DNA from: an uncultured Bacteroidales bacterium | GTDB lineage: Bacteria > Bacteroidota > Bacteroidia > Bacteroidales > UBA932 | DNA: 46,319 nucleotides | Assembly (NCBI GenBank): GCA_900319685.1 | Contig: ONPI01000010.1 | Coordinates: 1-46,319 of the forward strand | Reading direction: 5' to 3' | Shown here: positions 8,291-18,375 of the stretch, piece by piece | How the letters are laid out: every line of letters begins with the position of its first letter | Numbering within the stretch: position 1 is the first letter of the stretch | The notes under the pieces: generated by a model | The model's database searches: none | What the model was told of the DNA's origin: nothing | What the model saw: the letters and a program-made list of their open reading frames with translations, nothing else | Position numbers and translations under genes: made by a program

Positions 8291-9294
8291 TTCTTGTCAA
8301 ACAAATGCCTGCGGGACCGTCTCTCTCCTATCAGCATCTCAAGCACGAAGAAGAAGAGGGCTATCCCCAGGAAATACATAAACTGTTCGTCGTATTCTTC
8401 GAAGACGATGGAATTGAATTCCTCGTCCTCCATTTTCTTGATGTCGTCGATGATAGGGGTCAGGCCGAATTCGTCGTTGCCTGCCCTGACGTATGCACCG
8501 TTGCCGGCAGCGGCCACCTCCTTGAGGGTTTCCTCGTCAAGCCTGGTCACCACGATCTGTCCGTCCTTGTCCTTCAGCAAGCCTCCCGAAACGGGTATCG
8601 GCTGGCCTTCGGTCGAGCCGACTCCGATCGCATATACCTTGATCCCGGCTTCGGCAGCCTGCCTTGCGACTTCCACGGCATCGTCCTCATGGTTCTCTCC
8701 GTCGGTGATGACGATTATCGCACGGCTATGCTCGCTCTGGGCGCTGAAGCTCTTCATTGCCGTCTGCAAGGCATCCCCGATCGCAGTTCCCTGGATCGGT
8801 ACGGACTCGGTGGAGATGGAATTCAGGAACATCTTCGCACTCACATAGTCCGAAGTGATAGGAAGCTGGACGAAGGAGCTGCCCGCGAAGATGATCAGGC
8901 CTATACGGTCGTCCTCGAGCTTGTCCGCTATCCTCGAGATGGCAAGCTTGGCCCTCTCCAGACGGTTAGGAGTATAATCCCTTGCCAGCATGGAGTTGGA
9001 TACGTCCAGCACGACCATTATCTCGGCGCCCTTGGCCTTGTGCTCACTCAGCTTGGCTCCGATCTGAGGCCTTGAAAGACCTATCACGAAGAAGAAGAAT
9101 GCCAGCGAATACAACACCGCGCGCACCCACCTCTTGGATTTCGACCATGACGGCATCAAAGCGTTCACGAGATCTTCCTCGCCGAACTTGCGCAACTCAC
9201 GCCTGCGCGCCCTCATCCAGAGCGCCAGGCCCAGGAAGAAGAACGGGATCAGCAGCAGGAGCCACAGATATCTTGGATTTGCGAATATTATCAC
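8287..9294 (-). CDS. batB: BatB von Willebrand factor A domain protein
   Basis: N-terminal BatA TM motif, MIDAS DVSNSM, ITDGENH. Confidence 0.88.
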   Translation of the reverse strand: MIIFANPRYLWLLLLIPFFFLGLALWMRARRRELRKFGEEDLVNALMPSWSKSKRWVRAVLYSLAFFFFVIGLSRPQIGAKLSEHKAKGAEIMVVLDVSNSMLARDYTPNRLERAKLAISRIADKLEDDRIGLIIFAGSSFVQLPITSDYVSAKMFLNSISTESVPIQGTAIGDALQTAMKSFSAQSEHSRAIIVITDGENHEDDAVEVARQAAEAGIKVYAIGVGSTEGQPIPVSGGLLKDKDGQIVVTRLDEETLKEVAAAGNGAYVRAGNDEFGLTPIIDDIKKMEDEEFNSIVFEEYDEQFMYFLGIALFFFVLEMLIGERRSRRHLFDKK

Positions 9295-10274
9295 GGCAGC
9301 CTCCTGATCAATAGTTTGACTAGCATCTCAAGCACGAGGAAGACCAGCGCAGCGAGTGCGTACCTGCCATACAGCTCCTTGTAGATAGGGAAACTGTCGA
9401 TGGTAGTGCGGGTCTTCTCCATCTTGTTGATTTCCGAATATATCTCCGTCAGCTTTGTGTTGTCCGTGGCCCTGAAATAACTGCCTCCGGTCTTCCCGGC
9501 AATGCTCTTCAGAAGGTCCTCGTCGATTTCAACCTTCATGTTCTGGACCTGGACTCCCCAAGGCGTAATCACAGGATAAGGTGCCTCCCCGTTGGCTCCG
9601 ACGCCGATGGTATATACCCTGATCCCATAGGTTTCAGCGATCTCGGCTGCGGTTTCCGGAGCTATCTCGCCGCTGTTGTTGACACCGTCGGTAAGCAGGA
9701 TCACCACGCGGCTCTTGGCATCGGAATCCTTCAGCCTGGCCACTGCCGTCGCAAGTCCGTTTCCGATGGCTGTGCCATCTTCGAGCAACTCCGTGGTAAT
9801 CTCCTTCATAAGGTTGATCAGCGTCGCCCGATCGGTCGTCAGAGGGCACTGGGTGTAGCTCTCCCCGGCGAATACCACTATGCCCATCCTGTCGGAAGGC
9901 CTTTGGGCTATGAATTCGATCGCTATGTCCTTCGCGGCACTGATACGGTCCGGCGAGAAATCCCTTGCCAGCATACTGGACGACACGTCCATCGCGAAAA
10001 CGATGTCGATTCCCTCTGTGTCCACTTTCTCGACCTGCGTGGAGGAACGAGGACGGCATATCGCAACGATGATCAGACACAGAGCCAGGATCCTGAATAT
10101 GAAAGGAAGGTGCCTGAGCCAGCCGAGCACGGTTCCGCCCCCGGCCTTCCATGGAGTCGCATCGGATACCCTCAAGTGCGGCTTCCTGTCCATAAACTCA
10201 AGATACAGGTAGTGAGCTGCCAGGAGCACCGGCAGCAACAAGAGCCAAAGCAGTTTAGGATACTCGAAATACAT
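9291..10274 (-). CDS. batA: BatA von Willebrand factor A domain protein
   Basis: MIDAS DVSSSM, DGTAIGNGLA, ILLTDGVNNSG, YFRATD. Confidence 0.9.
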   Translation of the reverse strand: MYFEYPKLLWLLLLPVLLAAHYLYLEFMDRKPHLRVSDATPWKAGGGTVLGWLRHLPFIFRILALCLIIVAICRPRSSTQVEKVDTEGIDIVFAMDVSSSMLARDFSPDRISAAKDIAIEFIAQRPSDRMGIVVFAGESYTQCPLTTDRATLINLMKEITTELLEDGTAIGNGLATAVARLKDSDAKSRVVILLTDGVNNSGEIAPETAAEIAETYGIRVYTIGVGANGEAPYPVITPWGVQVQNMKVEIDEDLLKSIAGKTGGSYFRATDNTKLTEIYSEINKMEKTRTTIDSFPIYKELYGRYALAALVFLVLEMLVKLLIRRLP

Positions 10275-11266
10275 TACGACTCACCTCCTTCCTTTGCCTC
10301 TTCCTGCTCCTGGTCGAGCTGGGACTGGTACGTAGCCGTAACGAAGCGTACGGCAGCAGGAAGTGCCGCAGCATTCTCCTCGTCGGTCGCGAATGCCTTC
10401 GCGAACTTCACAAGGTCGGCTGTCTCAAACAGTTCTTTCGTCCCGGAATACAGGTCCTCAGGGATATCCCTGCCCTTCAGTTCGGAGAATATCTCCGCCG
10501 TAGTCATTTCAGGAGCGTCGATTCCGAACCGGGCATCTATATACTCCCTCAGGGTGTCGGTGATTCCGGAATACAGTATCTTCTGCTTCTCGGGAGCCCA
10601 GTACTTGCTTCCGCGGTATCCCTCCAGTTTCCTCAGTGCTACTACATAAGGTGGATCCTTATGCCCTGCGGCCACCGATTCCTTCTTCCTGCGGGAAGCT
10701 ATCAGAGCCCATATCAGGATGCACAGCACCACGAATCCCCAGGCTGCGGCCAGGTACGGCAGGATCTCGCGGAACGTCACGGGATACCTGACCGGTCCCT
10801 TTATGTCGTGGACCTGGTATGAAGCCGTATCCACCGGCATGGTGCGCACATCAAGTGTCTGGGAATCGAACAGCAACGAATCGATCCGCCCGTCGGAAGC
10901 CTTCAGGACAGGAAGCCGGGGCAGTTCGTATGTTCCTTCGTCGAAGGAAGTGATGACCACGTAGATATCGATGTCGTATGACTTGGGATCTTTCCGGCCA
11001 CCATAGACCTTGACTGTATCCGCGGCCCAAGGCTGCACGACCACTATGCTGTCTCTCAACCCTTTGGAAAGGTCCGCCAGTCCCAGTCCCGTACCTTCCG
11101 GAATTCCCTTGAGATGGAATCCGTAGCGGAACTGGTCACCTATGAGTACCGAATCCCTCTGCTGCAGAGGCTCCAGGAAGGAGCCTTCCATATCCACGAC
11201 CTGCCCGAAAGCAGCCGCCGGCGCCATCAGGCAGAGAACTGTCAGGAAAACGGACAATCTTTTCAT
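10274..11266 (-). CDS. Conserved Bat-operon membrane protein (signal peptide, Ig-like domain, TM, helical C-terminus)
   Basis: DSVLIGDQF, ITSFDEG.Y, DIKGP, LREYI..RFGIDAPEMTT and DLVKFAK. Lies between DUF58 and batA. Confidence 0.75.
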   Translation of the reverse strand: MKRLSVFLTVLCLMAPAAAFGQVVDMEGSFLEPLQQRDSVLIGDQFRYGFHLKGIPEGTGLGLADLSKGLRDSIVVVQPWAADTVKVYGGRKDPKSYDIDIYVVITSFDEGTYELPRLPVLKASDGRIDSLLFDSQTLDVRTMPVDTASYQVHDIKGPVRYPVTFREILPYLAAAWGFVVLCILIWALIASRRKKESVAAGHKDPPYVVALRKLEGYRGSKYWAPEKQKILYSGITDTLREYIDARFGIDAPEMTTAEIFSELKGRDIPEDLYSGTKELFETADLVKFAKAFATDEENAAALPAAVRFVTATYQSQLDQEQEEAKEGGES

Positions 11267-11269
11267 ACC

Positions 11270-12163
11270 CTATCTCCTCCCGAAAAATGCCATCAGGCCC
11301 TTCACGTAGTCATCGCCGGTGGCGATGTCCACGGAATCGATCTGATAGCGGTTGAAAAGCTTGGTTTCATTGTCTGCCACGGAAGCGAACCATTTGGAAT
11401 ACTCCGAGCGTACTTTCCTGCTGGAAGTATTCACCCAGGCCGATTCCCCGGTCTCGGAATCCTTGACATGCACGAGGCCGACCGAAGGGATGGTCTTTTC
11501 CCGCCTGTCATGGACCTTGATAACCGAAATGTCGTGCCTGTTGCAGGCCACCTTGAGGGCTTCCTCATAGCGAGGAGTCCCGTCCGGGTTGACATCCAGC
11601 ATATCGGAGAGCACGAAAGCAGTGCATTTCTTCTTCATCGCGTTGGTGAGATACCTGAGAGCCTCCCCGATATCGGTCCCGTCGGACTTCGGCTTGAGTT
11701 CGATTATCTCCCTTATGATATGGAGCAGGTGGCTGCGGCCTTTCTTCGGTGGAATGAATTCCTCCACCCGGTCGCTGAAGAACAGCGCTCCGACCTTGTC
11801 GTTGTTGATCACGGCCGAGAAACTCAGGACTGCGGCGATCTCCGCAAGCAGGTCCCTCTTGGTCTTCTCTTCCGTCCCGAACAAGCCGGAACGGCTGATG
11901 TCGATCAGAAGCACCACCGTCATCTCCCTCTCCTCCTCGTACACCTTGACATAAGGAGCCCGGAGCCGGGCGGTCACGTTCCAGTCCATGGAACGCGGGT
12001 CGTCACCGTACTGATATTCACGGACCTCGCTGAAAGCCATTCCCCGCCCTTTGAAGGCACTGTGGTACTCACCGGCAAAGATCTGGTGGGACAGAGCCCT
12101 GGTGCGGATCTCTATCTTGCGTACCTTGCGGAGCAGTTCGTTGGCTGATTGGCTTGAAGGCAT
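11270..12163 (-). CDS. DUF58 domain protein (MoxR-associated)
   Basis: GEYHSAFKGRGMAFSEVREYQYGDD..MDWNVTAR..YVKVYEEERE. Confidence 0.9.
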   Translation of the reverse strand: MPSSQSANELLRKVRKIEIRTRALSHQIFAGEYHSAFKGRGMAFSEVREYQYGDDPRSMDWNVTARLRAPYVKVYEEEREMTVVLLIDISRSGLFGTEEKTKRDLLAEIAAVLSFSAVINNDKVGALFFSDRVEEFIPPKKGRSHLLHIIREIIELKPKSDGTDIGEALRYLTNAMKKKCTAFVLSDMLDVNPDGTPRYEEALKVACNRHDISVIKVHDRREKTIPSVGLVHVKDSETGESAWVNTSSRKVRSEYSKWFASVADNETKLFNRYQIDSVDIATGDDYVKGLMAFFGRR

Positions 12164-12175
12164 ACCTCTGGAAGA

Positions 12176-13168
12176 CTACGGAACCTGAACGGCATTGATG
12201 ACCTCGGCGATTATCTGCTCGGTGGTGACATTCTCTGCCTCCGCCTCATAGGTCAGTCCGATCCTGTGACGCAGGACTTCGTTGCAGACCGCCCTCACGT
12301 CCTCAGGGATGACATATCCCCTTCTCTTGATGAAGGCATATGCCTTGGAAGCCATTGCAAGCGAAATACTTGCACGCGGCGACCCTCCGAAGGAGACCAG
12401 GTCCTTGATCTTGCCCAGTCCGTATTCTTCCGGAGTCCTGGTGGCATACACTATATCGACTATGTATCTTTCTATCTTTTCATCCATATAGACGTCACGG
12501 ACGACCTTGCGGGCATTGACGATGTCGCCCGGCTTGATCACAGGACTGGCTTTCGGGAACTCCCCGGAATTGTTCATCCTTATTATCTGCTTTTCTTCCT
12601 CCTTCTTCGGATATCCCACGATGACCTTGAGCATGAAACGGTCCACCTGCGCCTCCGGAAGAGGATAGGTACCTTCCTGCTCGATCGGGTTCTGGGTAGC
12701 CATCACAAGGAAAGGCTCCGGAAGCTTGAAAGTATCGTCCCCGATCGTGACCTGACGCTCCTGCATGGCCTCAAGGAGGGCTGACTGAACCTTCGCCGGA
12801 GAACGGTTGATCTCATCTGCGAGAACGAAATTCGCGAACACCGGTCCCTTGTGGACCTCGAACTTTTCATCCTTCTGGGAATATATCATCGTTCCCACAA
12901 GGTCTGCAGGAAGGAGGTCCGGAGTGAACTGGATCCTGCTGAACTTGGCGTCGATAGCCTGAGACAAAGTACTGATCGCCAGGGTCTTGGCAAGTCCCGG
13001 AACTCCCTCGAGAAGGATATGTCCATTGGCAAGGAGACCGATCATGAGGTTCTCTACCAGATGTTTCTGGCCCACGATAACCTTTCCCATCTCCATGGAC
13101 AGCATATCCACGAATGCACTTTCCTGCTGGATCCTGTCGTTCAATTCTTTGATGTTAACACTTTCCAT
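12176..13168 (-). CDS. moxR: MoxR family AAA+ ATPase
   Basis: LEGVPGLAKT, RIQFTPDLLPAD, LADEINR, ATQNPIEQEGTYPLPEAQVDRF. Confidence 0.95.
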   Translation of the reverse strand: MESVNIKELNDRIQQESAFVDMLSMEMGKVIVGQKHLVENLMIGLLANGHILLEGVPGLAKTLAISTLSQAIDAKFSRIQFTPDLLPADLVGTMIYSQKDEKFEVHKGPVFANFVLADEINRSPAKVQSALLEAMQERQVTIGDDTFKLPEPFLVMATQNPIEQEGTYPLPEAQVDRFMLKVIVGYPKKEEEKQIIRMNNSGEFPKASPVIKPGDIVNARKVVRDVYMDEKIERYIVDIVYATRTPEEYGLGKIKDLVSFGGSPRASISLAMASKAYAFIKRRGYVIPEDVRAVCNEVLRHRIGLTYEAEAENVTTEQIIAEVINAVQVP

Positions 13169-13184
13169 ATTGTAGTTAATTGCG

Positions 13185-13192
13185 TAATTTTG
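13185..13192 (+). promoter_or_regulatory. Bacteroidota -7 promoter element for truA
   Basis: TAATTTTG, 23 nt upstream of ATG 13216. Confidence 0.55.
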
Positions 13193-13215
13193 TCAGTAAG
13201 TCAATCCTATCAACA

Positions 13216-13986
13216 ATGCGCTACAAGATCACCCTGTCATACGACGGCTCCCGATTCTGCGGCTGGCAGATCCAGAACGATGCAATCACCGTCCAAGAGT
13301 GTCTCCAGAACGCTCTTTCGACTCTCTTGAAGGAAGAAACCGCCGTTACGGGGGCTGGCAGAACAGATTCGAAGGTTAATGCAATAAGTTATGTCGCTCA
13401 CTTCGAAACGGCTGCCCGCGACCTTGACGCCGTGGATTTCGGCTACAAAATAAATGCCATCCTACCCCATGGGATCGTGGTTCATTCGATAGTTCCGGCA
13501 GCCCCTGATTTCCATGCCAGGTTCGATGCCAGGATGCGGGAATACAAGTATTTCATCCACCGCAGGAAAGACCCTTTCATGAATGGATATTCCTATCTCT
13601 ACACCTTCCGGATAGATGTGGAGAAAATGAACGAGGCCGCCGCCCTGCTGCTCGGAGAGCATGACTTCTCATGCTTTGAGAAAGTGGGCAGTGACAACAA
13701 GACTTCCATCTGCAAGGTTTCGCATGCCAAGTGGGAAACCTATACCCCGGGACACGTAAGCCTGATGGGCTATCCGGCCCCGGAAGACGACTATCTGGTC
13801 TTCACGATCCGTGCGGACCGATTTTTGCGGAACATGGTCCGTGCGGTCGTGGGATCACTGCTGGAGATTGGGAGAGGACGTCACGACATAGACTGGATGA
13901 AGGGGCTCCTGCAAGGAGGCACCCGCAGCGATGCGGGAGAATCCGTCCCAGGGCACGCACTGTTCCTTACAAAGGTCGAATATTAG
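13216..13986 (+). CDS. truA: tRNA pseudouridine(38-40) synthase TruA
   Basis: YDGSRFCGWQIQ, GAGRTDSKV, FHARFDA, FLRNMVR. Confidence 0.93.
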   Translation: MRYKITLSYDGSRFCGWQIQNDAITVQECLQNALSTLLKEETAVTGAGRTDSKVNAISYVAHFETAARDLDAVDFGYKINAILPHGIVVHSIVPAAPDFHARFDARMREYKYFIHRRKDPFMNGYSYLYTFRIDVEKMNEAAALLLGEHDFSCFEKVGSDNKTSICKVSHAKWETYTPGHVSLMGYPAPEDDYLVFTIRADRFLRNMVRAVVGSLLEIGRGRHDIDWMKGLLQGGTRSDAGESVPGHALFLTKVEY

Positions 13987-14006
13987 AGAATCTCGATTTT
14001 TTTGAC

Positions 14007-14014
14007 TATTTTTG
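14007..14014 (+). promoter_or_regulatory. Bacteroidota -7 promoter element for exbB-exbD-tonB
   Basis: TATTTTTG in the AT-rich gap upstream of ATG 14057. Confidence 0.55.
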
Positions 14015-14056
14015 TAGCTTGATAATAATATGAAATATTAAACGCACACAATAATT

Positions 14057-14785
14057 ATGATCTTCCAAGTTTTACAGGCAGGTGTCGATACAGCTGCGGC
14101 CGAGATGGCCGACTCCCTCGCCAAAGCCGCTTCTTCAGCTCCACAGCAGGTAGAGCAGTCATATTCACTCATCCAGATGGCATTCAAGGGTGGCTGGCTC
14201 ATGATCGTCCTGGCAATCCTTTCCGTCATCGCAATCTACATCTTCGGAAAGAAGTGGTGGATGATCCACAAGGCACAGCAGGTGGACAAGAACTTCATGA
14301 GGGATATCCGTGACTATATCCACGAAGGAAAGGTCAAGAGCGCTGTCTCCCTCTGCGAGAAATTCGATTCCCCTGTCGCCAGGATCACCCAGAAGGGCAT
14401 CGAGCGAATCGGAAGGCCTCTGAACGACATCCAGACGGCTGTCGAGAACTGCGGAAACGTTGAGATCGCCAGGCTCGAGAAGGGTCTGCCGACCCTCGCT
14501 ACCATCGCCGGAGGCGCTCCTATGATCGGATTCCTCGGAACGGTCCTCGGTATGGTCCAGGCATTCTTCAACATGGCCAACGCCGGCAACAACATCGACA
14601 TCACCCTCCTTTCCAGCGGTATCTACACCGCCATGATCACTACGGTCGGAGGTCTTATCGTCGGTATCCTCGCCTACTTCGGCTACAACTACCTGACAGC
14701 CCAGATTTCCAACCTCGTGTACAAGATGGAGAGCACGACCATCGACTTCATGGATCTCCTGCACGAACCTGCAGATAACGAATAG
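14057..14785 (+). CDS. exbB: MotA/TolQ/ExbB proton channel protein
   Basis: LATIAGGAPMIGFLGTVLGM...GIYTAMITTVGGL. Confidence 0.9.
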   Translation: MIFQVLQAGVDTAAAEMADSLAKAASSAPQQVEQSYSLIQMAFKGGWLMIVLAILSVIAIYIFGKKWWMIHKAQQVDKNFMRDIRDYIHEGKVKSAVSLCEKFDSPVARITQKGIERIGRPLNDIQTAVENCGNVEIARLEKGLPTLATIAGGAPMIGFLGTVLGMVQAFFNMANAGNNIDITLLSSGIYTAMITTVGGLIVGILAYFGYNYLTAQISNLVYKMESTTIDFMDLLHEPADNE

Positions 14786-14796
14786 GAGACGGAGTA

Positions 14797-15207
14797 ATGG
14801 CATTCAAGAGAACCACAAGGGTCCTGTCGGACCTGGGCAGCACTTCGATGACTGACCTGGTGTTCCTGTTGCTGATCTTTTTCCTGGTCACCTCGACACT
14901 GGTCAATCCGAATGCGCTCAAGCTGCTGCTCCCGAAGAGCACCGGCCAGGTGACGGCGAAGCCTACCGTCAGCGTATCCATCAAGGACTGGGGACACGAC
15001 CGATTCACCTATCACCTCAACGGAGATGAAACTCCGGTGCTGTACTCCGAACTGGAGGACGGCCTGGTGGAGCTTCTCCAGAGTGAAGAAGATCCTACCT
15101 TCTCCATCTATTCGGACGAAAGCGTTCCGATCAAGGAGGTGGTATCGATCATGAACATCGCAAAGAGGAACCACTACAAAGTGATCCTCGCCACACAACC
15201 GGAGTGA
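14797..15207 (+). CDS. exbD: ExbD/TolR biopolymer transport protein
   Basis: SMTDLVFLLLIFFLV TM helix with the conserved Asp. Confidence 0.9.
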   Translation: MAFKRTTRVLSDLGSTSMTDLVFLLLIFFLVTSTLVNPNALKLLLPKSTGQVTAKPTVSVSIKDWGHDRFTYHLNGDETPVLYSELEDGLVELLQSEEDPTFSIYSDESVPIKEVVSIMNIAKRNHYKVILATQPE

Positions 15208-15224
15208 CAGGAAACGGATAAGGC

Positions 15225-15995
15225 ATGAAACAGTATCTTCGTGAAAGGGAAAGGGATGCGAAGACTTCGACGGGAGCCGGAGTCCTCCTGACCGTCGGCG
15301 TACACCTGCTGATCCTGCTTTGCTGCGCTTTCACGGGAATGAAATACCTTTACCCTCCACCTCCGGAGGAGACTTTCCTGATCGATTTCGAACAGGAAGA
15401 GGAAATCGAGATCAGGAGGGAATTGCAAGGAAGACAGCCTCAGGCCGAGGAAATCGACCTGAGCAAGCCGGTGGAACTGGTCCAGAGAAGCGAATCCCCT
15501 CACAAATCGGACAAGCCGGCCAAGACCGCCCAGGCAAAGCCGGACAGCCACGGTGACGTGGAGACCCCGGCCCCTAAGGAAGACATAAACAAGAACGCCC
15601 TGTTCCCGGGCATGAGCAAGAAGGACTCTTCTAACGCTCCTCACTCCGCCTCCGACCCGTCCGCCGGGTTCAAGGCAGGACACCCGAAGGGAAATACATC
15701 CAACGGAAAGGCAGACGGCGTCCCTAACGCCCGCCTTAAGGGCAGGAACGTGCTCGGAGCCCTGCCGAAGCCTGATTACACCGTCCAGGACGAAGGCACA
15801 GTGGTGGTTGAGATCTGGGTAAACAAGAGCGGCAACGTCACCAAGGCGCTTGCCGGAGCCCAGGGTACGACCGTAAGCAATCCTACCCTGTGGGCTGCGG
15901 CGAGGGTGGCCGCCATGAAAACACATTTCAACCAGAGCGTTGACGCTCCGGAACTTCAGCAAGGAACAATAACTTATATATTCAAACTAAAGTAA
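15225..15995 (+). CDS. TonB/TolA-like energy transducer
   Basis: Single N-terminal TM with His, P/K/S-rich linker, and C-terminal TonB-like domain (P.Y..QDEGTVVVEIWVNKSGNV...QQGTITYIF). Confidence 0.8.
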   Translation: MKQYLRERERDAKTSTGAGVLLTVGVHLLILLCCAFTGMKYLYPPPPEETFLIDFEQEEEIEIRRELQGRQPQAEEIDLSKPVELVQRSESPHKSDKPAKTAQAKPDSHGDVETPAPKEDINKNALFPGMSKKDSSNAPHSASDPSAGFKAGHPKGNTSNGKADGVPNARLKGRNVLGALPKPDYTVQDEGTVVVEIWVNKSGNVTKALAGAQGTTVSNPTLWAAARVAAMKTHFNQSVDAPELQQGTITYIFKLK

Positions 15996-16040
15996 GGTAA
16001 TTTCAATTACACCTAAAAGTGGCGTGAGCCACAAATCATT

Positions 16041-17471
16041 ATGGAAGAAAAACACTATGGTGGCTACGAAGGCCACGAAGAGCGTAGGGATTACGCTGAC
16101 AGGGAACCTAGGACCGGCTATTCATCTGAAGGAAGGAAACTAAGACCGAGAAGGAAAGTTTCGCCGGCATCATCATCACACAGCGAAGGAGAATACAGGC
16201 CATACGGTCACCAGAACCGTAGCGGCTACGGCAGCAGGAACGACTATCAGGGTCGTGGAAACAACGATCGCCGAAGCAGTTACGGAGAGCGCAGCCACGA
16301 TGACAACAGAGGATACGGGAACAGCCGCGGCTACCAAGGCGGAAGCCAGCACAGGGCATATTCCCAGAACGATAACGGAGAGAAAAGGCCATACGGACAA
16401 GGAAGACCTTCATACGGCCAGAACCGTCCGTCATACGGACAGAGCCGCAGCCCGTACGGGCAGAACCGTCCGTCCAACGGCCAGGGCCGCAGTCCGTACG
16501 GACAGCGCCGGAGTTTCGCCGGCGACGGCCAGGAAGACGGAGAAAGGAGGCCTTACGGACAGGGACGTCCGTCCTACGGCCAGAAGAGCAGCTATTCCAG
16601 GAAACCTGCCGGACCGAAGAAATTCGCCCGCAGGACCGACCCTCATTTCACCGAGTCGGACGAGGCCGGTATCAACGTGATGCTTTCCCGCAAGCCTCAG
16701 CTTGATAATGCCGCATTGTCCGACAACGACTCTGTACCTACCCCTATCAAGGAAGAAGTCCGTCTCAACAAGTTCATCGCCAATTCCGGCGTTTGCTCAC
16801 GCAGGGAAGCCGACAGTTTCATCCAGGCCGGAGTGGTCACGGTCAACGGTGTTGTCGTGACGGAACTCGGCACCAAGGTCAATGTACTGAAGGATGATGT
16901 CCGTTTCAACGGAGAGAGACTTAAGGGAGAAGAGAAGGTCTATATCGTAATGAACAAGCCGAAGGGCTTCGTCACCAGCGCGAGCGATCCTCACGCCGAA
17001 AAGACCGTGATGGACCTCCTCAAGGGATGCACCGTGAGGGTATTCCCGGTCGGAAGGCTGGACAAGAACACCACGGGTGTCCTCATGTTTACCAATGACG
17101 GAGAGATCGCCGAGCAGCTGACCCATCCTTCTTACAACAAGAAGAAGATCTACCAGGTGATCCTGGACAAGGCACTCGAAGAAGAAGACAAGGAGAAGAT
17201 ACTCAACGAAGGACTGGAACTGAGCGACGGTGTCATAAAGGCAGACGAACTTGAATACATCGACGCCGACGACCACAGGAGGCTCGGAATCGAGATCCAT
17301 TCAGGCAAGAACCGCATCGTCCGCAGGATATTCGAATCCCTCGGTTACGATGTGAAGGCTCTTGACAGGGTATATTTCGCCGGCCTGACAAAGAAAGGCC
17401 TCAAGAAAGGCGAATGGAGATATCTCAGCGAGGGCGAGGTAAACGTCCTCAAGATGGGTGCCTATGTCTAG
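16041..17471 (+). CDS. rluB: rRNA pseudouridine synthase (RluB/RsuA family) with a long disordered N-terminal extension
   Basis: S4 domain (RLNKFIANSGVCSRREAD), NKPKG, catalytic VGRLDKNTTG and GKNRIVRR. Confidence 0.85.
   Translation: MEEKHYGGYEGHEERRDYADREPRTGYSSEGRKLRPRRKVSPASSSHSEGEYRPYGHQNRSGYGSRNDYQGRGNNDRRSSYGERSHDDNRGYGNSRGYQGGSQHRAYSQNDNGEKRPYGQGRPSYGQNRPSYGQSRSPYGQNRPSNGQGRSPYGQRRSFAGDGQEDGERRPYGQGRPSYGQKSSYSRKPAGPKKFARRTDPHFTESDEAGINVMLSRKPQLDNAALSDNDSVPTPIKEEVRLNKFIANSGVCSRREADSFIQAGVVTVNGVVVTELGTKVNVLKDDVRFNGERLKGEEKVYIVMNKPKGFVTSASDPHAEKTVMDLLKGCTVRVFPVGRLDKNTTGVLMFTNDGEIAEQLTHPSYNKKKIYQVILDKALEEEDKEKILNEGLELSDGVIKADELEYIDADDHRRLGIEIHSGKNRIVRRIFESLGYDVKALDRVYFAGLTKKGLKKGEWRYLSEGEVNVLKMGAYV
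16386..16583 (+). repeat. Imperfect 18-21 bp coding tandem repeat (R-P/S-S/P-Y-G-Q-x) in the RluB N-terminus
   Basis: RPYGQG RPSYGQN RPSYGQS RSPYGQN RPSNGQG RSPYGQR, then RPYGQG RPSYGQ again. Confidence 0.8.
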
Positions 17472-18366
17472 TCCGGAGAAGCGCACGGAGCATCGCGCCG
17501 GATTTGTCAACATCATCGGGAATCCGAATGTCGGCAAGTCCACGCTGATGAACGCCCTGGTCGGGGAGAAACTGTCCATCGTGACAGCCAAGGCCCAGAC
17601 CACGAGGCACCGTATCATGGGAATAGTCAACACCGACGACTACCAGATCGTATATTCCGACACTCCTGGTATGCTGAAGCCGAACTACCGGCTCCAGGAA
17701 GACATGATGAAATTCGTCGATGCCGCCATCGGAGACGCCGACATCATCCTGTACGTGACCGACGTGGTCGAGAAGGCGGACAAGAACGGAGAATACATCC
17801 AGAAACTCCAGCGGGTCGAATGCCCGGTGGTGGTCGCAATCAACAAGATAGATATCAGCGACCAGCCGAAAGTGCTGCAGCTGATGTCATACTGGAAGGA
17901 ACTGCTGCCGGATGCGTTGGTCATCCCTGTTTCAGCCAAGGAGCGGTTCAATCTTGACAGTGTCCTGAACGCTATAGTAAGCAAACTGCCGGTTTCTCCT
18001 CCATGGTTCGACAAGGACCAGTTCACCGACCGCAACCTCCGTTTCTTCGCCTCGGAGATCATCCGGGAGAAGATACTGGAGAATTACAGCCAGGAGATTC
18101 CTTATAGCTGCGAAGTGGCCGTAGAGTCCTTCAAGGAAGGCAAGGACAGGTATGAGATCAGTGCAGTGATATTCGTGATGCGAGACTCCCAGAAAGGCAT
18201 CATAATCGGGAAAGCCGGTTCGGCACTGAAGAAGACAGGCACGGAAGCCAGGATCGAGATGGAAGACTTCTTCCAGAAAAAGGTGTTCCTGCAACTGTTC
18301 GTGAAAGTGGATTCCGACTGGAGGGAGAACCGCCGCGAACTGCGCAAGTTCGGTTACGAAGAATAG
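17464..18366 (+). CDS. era: GTPase Era
   Basis: GNPNVGKS, QTTR, DTPG, NKID and KH domain (IIIGKAG). ATG 17464 overlaps the rluB end. Confidence 0.95.
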   Translation: MSSPEKRTEHRAGFVNIIGNPNVGKSTLMNALVGEKLSIVTAKAQTTRHRIMGIVNTDDYQIVYSDTPGMLKPNYRLQEDMMKFVDAAIGDADIILYVTDVVEKADKNGEYIQKLQRVECPVVVAINKIDISDQPKVLQLMSYWKELLPDALVIPVSAKERFNLDSVLNAIVSKLPVSPPWFDKDQFTDRNLRFFASEIIREKILENYSQEIPYSCEVAVESFKEGKDRYEISAVIFVMRDSQKGIIIGKAGSALKKTGTEARIEMEDFFQKKVFLQLFVKVDSDWRENRRELRKFGYEE

Positions 18367-18375
18367 ACGACATCT

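Noticed and set aside
4782-13168. MoxR-VWA-TPR operon as a novel system
   Set aside because: It is the known Bacteroidota Bat operon; only the D-E fusion is flagged.
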